Origin: Oikopleura dioica
Taxonomy: Eukaryota > Animalia > Chordata
Direction: 5' to 3'
DNA length: 64,000 nt
NCBI GenBank assembly: GCA_907165135.1
Contig: OU015570.1
Span: forward strand, 248,001 to 312,000
This document shows positions 58,916 through 64,000 of this stretch, in pieces. Position numbers and translations under genes: made by a program. Under the pieces are notes generated by a model that worked only from the letters and a program-made list of their open reading frames with translations, did not search any database and was not told the DNA's origin. Numbering within the stretch: the stretch's first letter is position 1; each line of letters begins with the position of its first letter.

Positions 58916-60819
58916 AAATCATAACTTTAAACTCGTTGAGGAACCTTTGAAGCTGGAAAACGCGCAGGATTTCCAGCCGAGCAAATAGGATGCAAGAGTC
59001 CGCCGACATGTGCCAACTCCTGCAGAGACAGCTCTTTGGGCACAATCGGACGTTGAATTGGGTAATTCTTCGGCAAGACCGAAATTTTGATGCTTTCAAT
59101 CACACTTCTTCTTCGGCTTATTGAGAATTGCCTTGAACCGAAGGATAAATGATTAAATTGACAGTTATTCTTCGGCAAACTCTAGAGAAAAACTCATTTT
59201 AGCAATAAGTTCTATCTATAATTTGAGTTGAGTGTTAGAGCCTCTAACTTAGAGGGCACTGGACAAAGTGATAGAACAAACACACCCGAGGGAGATAGGC
59301 TAGGGTCAGTTAGGGTTATCTTCGGTGGAAAATTTCAATTTTCATAACCAGGGCGCCCAAAAGCTCACTCCTTAAAAAGTAGGGAAATCGGGGGAGGCCG
59401 GCCTCCGAAATTATTCTGTTGACAGAACCATTCCGTTTGACAGAACTATTCTCTTTTAATAAGTGCCCCTTATGGGTAACTGCGGCGGTAAAAATTTAAA
59501 GAGAGTGTCAAAAAGCATGATACTCTCTGAAAAACAGGCGCGAAGCGCACACCCATTCTTTGATTTTACTTAAACAGAATAGTTCTGTTTTCTACAGAAT
59601 GGTTCTGTCAACAGAATTATAACGAAGCCCCGCCGGTTGAGGGGAGAGGTTGATTCCTTAAAGCGCCAGGAAATGCTCGTCGAACTCATCTTCCTCTTGC
59701 TTCTCCAAAACACCCTCGGCAATGTCGTAATCTCCAGAATTATCAAAGTCTTTGTTGTAATCATCTTTTTGATAAGTCTAGTGTTCACTCGTGAATCATG
59801 AGTCATGATTGCTTGAAGAGTTCTTGGTTCATGCTCTTAAACACGTCATTTGACGGTTTTTTTCTACATAATGGTCTGTGATTTTGTTTTCGTATTTTTA
59901 CCATTGATGATGGTTTTTCCAGCAGGAAAGTTCCGGGTATGTTAAAGTTAAGGGTGTCAACAACGATTGGAATCGGGTCAATGTCATAGGTATGTCTAGG
60001 GTACACGCTCAAAAAATAAAACTTTTTAAATGTTGCTCTTGTGGTGTTTTCATCAATATAAAAGATGTAGATCTCGAAGAATTGATAAAAAAGCTAAATT
60101 ACAACCCAATATGGAATTGATTTGCTGATGGTTCGAACTATATTCTGTGAAAAATAAAAGGAATCGAACCAGCCAGAAGCTAGGGCAATCATGAAGAGCA
60201 CGAAGAATACGACACAAGCAACCGTCAGTGGTCAACCGCAGTGGTCTCATGCTTCGATCAAATTCAAAAGGTCAGTAAGGAAAGTTTCTTTCTTGATGAT
60301 GTCTTTTTCGTGCTGGTTTGACGGATCTTCTAATCGCTCAATCTTCTTCTTCATTATCGAAATTCTCCTCATTCGAAGATCTGATTCAATTTTCTCAGAT
60401 GGAATGTGATCTTGCTCAGATCTGACCCTATCAATTATAGAGTTTCCCTCATTCGGTGGTACTTCCCGAGTGACTCCGTCACAGTCGATGCTTGCACCTT
60501 CAACAGTAAGTAGTGTCGGTACCATTGCCGGGACAGTTTCTACCACACGGCCAAGTTTGTTCGCCGAAGTACTGTGAAATTCAGTCAGACGATTGCTCGA
60601 CCAAACTGTCAATCCTTGAGGCAAATTCAGACTGATACAGAAGGGTCCTGGGGTGTAGGGCGGCTAAGTTACAAGAAGTTAAAATTTTAACGGCGTTACA
60701 AAAATTCAAAATCAAAATCATTGAATGAGTGTGCGCTTCGCGCTAGAATTGAAGGAAACTACTTCTTGGTATACCTTATTGCTTATTCTGTCCAAAATAG
60801 TAAGAATTACGGTATTTAA

Positions 60820-61535
60820 GGGTAGAACATGAAATCGGCGCCCCGCCGTGCCCTACTTTTCAGAATGCCCTAAAATCGGAACGGATAAAGTTTTTCAAAA
60901 GTTTTTCGGATTTCAGATCATCAAAGCCTTCACTCACACATCAAAAATGAGCAGAATCGTCAAACGATAAATCGGAGAAAATGACATGAGTTGGTTAAAC
61001 TCTATCTCCTCTCGCAATTCTTATCCGATTTTTTCAAATTTAGATAAATCGAAAGTGCTCCGTTAGACCTAAAATTTCGTAGTCTCAGAATTAATTTTGA
61101 AGGCTTTATGGAATATTATATGAGCTTTTGAAATGAGAGCTGCACCGTCGTGAGACGCGCAGCGTGAGAGAAGAAGCGGCGCGGCGTGAAAGCACTTGTT
61201 TTCAGAAGCCGTCTGGAATTTTAGGAAGCTTCAAAATTAATTCTGAGACTACGAAATTTTAGGTCTAACGGAGCACTTTCGATTTATCTAAATTTGAAAA
61301 AATCGGATAAGAATTGCGAGAGGAGATAGAGTTTAACCAACTCATGTCATTTTCTCCGATTTATCGTTTGACGATTCTGCTCATTTTTGATGTGTGAGTG
61401 AAGGCTTTGATGATCTGAAATCCGAAGAAACTTTTGAAAAACTTTATCCGTTCCGATTTTAGGGCATTCTGAAAAGTAGGGCACGGCGGGGCGCTGGGCG
61501 AGCGAGGCGCCCCGCGCCGATTTCATGTTCTACCC
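60820..61535. mobile_element. Kolobok-type MITE with ~330-bp TIRs
   Basis: TTAA-GGGTAGAACATGAAATCGGCG...CGCCGATTTCATGTTCTACCC-TTAA. Confidence 0.88.
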
Positions 61536-61539
61536 TTAA

Positions 61540-62292
61540 GGGTAATCCTATACATCGGCGCGGCGCTGCTCGCTCGATCCGCGCTCCGCCAGAACCTATT
61601 TTTCACTAGGCCATAAAATCCGAATGGAATAAGATTTTTCAAAATTCAAAAAGATTCTCTATCCATAAATTCTCTTCTGTTTCTCTAGCAAAAATGAAAC
61701 AAATCGGCAACGAGGAACCATCTGAAAACCGCCGGTTTCCTTCATAAGACATTTTCCGCCATATTTCTCATTCAAATTTCACAAAAATCAGATGGTCTTG
61801 TAGAGGATCGTCTGTTCTACAATTCCTCTGTCTTAGATTTTCTTTTACGCTCTCGAAAACTTTATATGGTCATTTGAAAAGAGCGTTATTCTTCCTCGCG
61901 CCTCTTTGCTTCCTATTTCTCACGGCGCGCTCGCGCAGAAAAATAGCGCTCTCTTCAAACTATCATAGAGAATTTTCGAGAGCGCAAAAAGAAAATCTAA
62001 GACAGAGGAATTGTAGAACAGACGATCCTCTACAAGACCATCTGATTTTCGTGAAATTTGGATGAGAAATGTGGCGGGAAATGTCTGTTAGAGGAAACCG
62101 GCAGTTTTCAGATGGTTCCTGGTTGCCGATTTCTTATATTTTTGCTAGAGTAATAGAAGAAACTTTCAGCATTCAGAATCTTTTGAATTTTGAAAAATCT
62201 CACTCCGTTCAGATTTTATGGCCTTGTGAGAAATAGGTTCTGGCGGAGCGCGGATGGAGCGAGCAGCGCCGCGCCGATGTATAGGATTACCC
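61540..62292. mobile_element. Second Kolobok-type MITE sharing the TTAA at 61536-61539
   Basis: TTAA-GGGTAATCCTATACATCGGCGCGGCGC...GCGCCGCGCCGATGTATAGGATTACCC-TTAA. Confidence 0.88.
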
Positions 62293-62612
62293 TTAAAATA
62301 ATTTTTATTGCAAAAACAATCTGAATTTTTGTAACGGCGTTACAAAATTGTAACGTAGCCGCTCGTCCCCCGTCCTTTGTAATCAGAAGATCTACAGAAC
62401 ATTTGAGCTGATCGCGAATTATGTGCCAACAGACTCGAAAGAGATCTTAAATTCTCATTTACCACCATTGACACTTCACCAAATTTGCAGATCGTGTATC
62501 TGCGATACATTTCCTCACGGCAGTCTACTTCAAACAGGTGTTTTTCACTCATACCAATGTAGCTCGGTAATGATGACAGTACTTGAAGTGTTCCTAGATT
62601 CTTTGATTGGTA

Positions 62613-62814
62613 CAGTGGTATGGTCGGTTTCCGCACCCCTACGATTTTTAAAATTACACAGTTTATTTCAAAAAACTCTATTTATTGTATTTTTCCCGAA
62701 TAGAAAATGACATGAAAATTATATTACTTGAAACAGAAATCGAATATCATATCTAAAGAAAAAGATATGAATTAAAGGCGAAAACTAGGGGTTCGGAAAC
62801 CGCTCATACCACTG
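62613..62814. mobile_element. Tc1-type MITE inside env remnant
   Basis: TA-CAGTGGTATG..CGGTTTCCG...CGGAAACCG..CATACCACTG-TA; its removal restores the env frame. Confidence 0.85.
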
Positions 62815-64000
62815 TAAGGAAACTCTAGTAATCGCTTTCCAACGAAATCATCAACATACTTTGGCACTTGAATTCGGATGTCAATCTAAATCTGATCATC
62901 TAGAATATGTACACGTCTCATTGAACAGCTGAAGGAATCCAATATTTCCGTCGATGCACATGCCTGCTTTTGTTGGATTCAGCGCCAGGCACGCATGTTT
63001 AAGCAGCTTCCGATGACTTCCTCCAGGCAAATTCCCTTGACTGCACTGTCGGACGGCGTCCTCAATTCGGTCTCGCAAATCAGAGTATCCGAGCCGAATT
63101 TCCAACAGTCGCAGCTCGTTTACTGACTCCTGATTTGCGAGGCATAATTGGTCCTTAAACACGGATATTTCGGAGTAAGTCGCCTTGATCGCAGTGTCCA
63201 TCTAAGATTCATCAATCATCTTGCGCGCCAATTCCTGAATCTTTGAATCTTCAGTGGTCTCCAGGTTTCTGACCTCTGTGTTGATTGATCCAGGACCGAG
63301 GGCTCCCATGGCTCCAATATTGGAGCCATGAGAGGTCTCTGCGGCCACGTGAATGCCATTCATCAAAACAGAATCTTGTTTGAGTGTCTTTCAGAGTCGG
63401 ATCATTGTAGGCACTGGCGGCCTTGTTGATAATATCTGACGCGACAGAAAGCTGGACTCCATACTTACAATCAAATCTACTGCAGCCAGTCGCTGACTCT
63501 TATCATTGCACGAGTTCTCCCATACCTTCATCCACTGGAGATCCATTTTCCACGCACACACAATATTCATGTTATTGTGTCGAACTCCTGGGCTCAGATA
63601 ATATGCAATCGTTGGAGCAGGTGTCGGCGTGGTGGTTTACGTCGTAGTGGTGGTCGACGGCAGAGTAGTTGTCTTGATTTTCCTTTTGATCGTTGTACTC
63701 GAGCGTTTCGTCGATGTCGGACTTTTTGTTGGCAGAGTCGTCTGGGAACCTTGGCGCGAAATAATTTCAACAAAGTCCTCAGCCATCAATGAGGATTAAA
63801 GTCGACGGTTTGAGTGCCGTAGTTTCCCGGGATATTCATCCGACGCGCTTGATTACTGTCAGGAACGGGATCTTGTGACGGGTGTGCTTGTCCTCTTGGC
63901 TCAGAGACTAGTCTACTTCTTCTCGTTGGCTTGTTTGTCGTCTGGGTTGTTGTCGTTGTTGGCTTGGTTGGTCGGCTCCCTGTGCCAATTGTGGAACTCT

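Larger units (their letters stand above)
60110..63790 (-). pseudogene. env: Second class I env-like gene, decayed and split by MITE stacks
   Basis: Thr-rich N-region; HSRGRR furin site (63349-63338); IGAMGALG fusion-peptide-like stretch; helical region; IDIRIQVPKY; reads through both removed insertions (LLEFPY|QSKNLG, SDYKG|PFCISL); TM LTVACVVFFVLFMIALA near 60230-60180. Confidence 0.75.

Overview
Eukaryotic, AT-rich, transposon-saturated DNA; it is not prokaryotic, so most short ORF-track entries (GTG/TTG starts) are noise. The element inventory (Tor-like Ty3/gypsy elements, env remnants, Penelope fragments, dense MITEs) and the apparent need for GA/GG splice donors suggest a larvacean tunicate such as Oikopleura. 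That host call is inference. Contents: (1) the 3' 6.9 kb of a Ty3/gypsy element with a CCCH-finger gag, an in-frame UGA-CUA stop before an intact pol, accessory ORFs, two PPTs and a probable 3' LTR. (2) Two Penelope-type hammerhead ribozymes with covarying stems. (3) A 562-bp TRIM whose 160-bp LTRs each carry a tRNA-like cloverleaf with a broken anticodon arm, plus a separate 168-bp solo-LTR-like insert with the same architecture. (4) A Mutator transposase interrupted near its start by a 9-bp-TSD MITE whose own ends form an in-frame GT..AG intron. (5) A truncated gag-UAG-protease Ty3/gypsy element inside a near-perfect 1.38-kb inverted duplication. (6) A young 2.26-kb gag-only LTR element. (7) Two decayed class-I env genes. 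(8) At least six exons of a host soluble adenylyl cyclase (ADCY10-like) gene spread over about 38 kb of TE-filled introns. All alignments and RNA folds were done by eye; no database searches were run.
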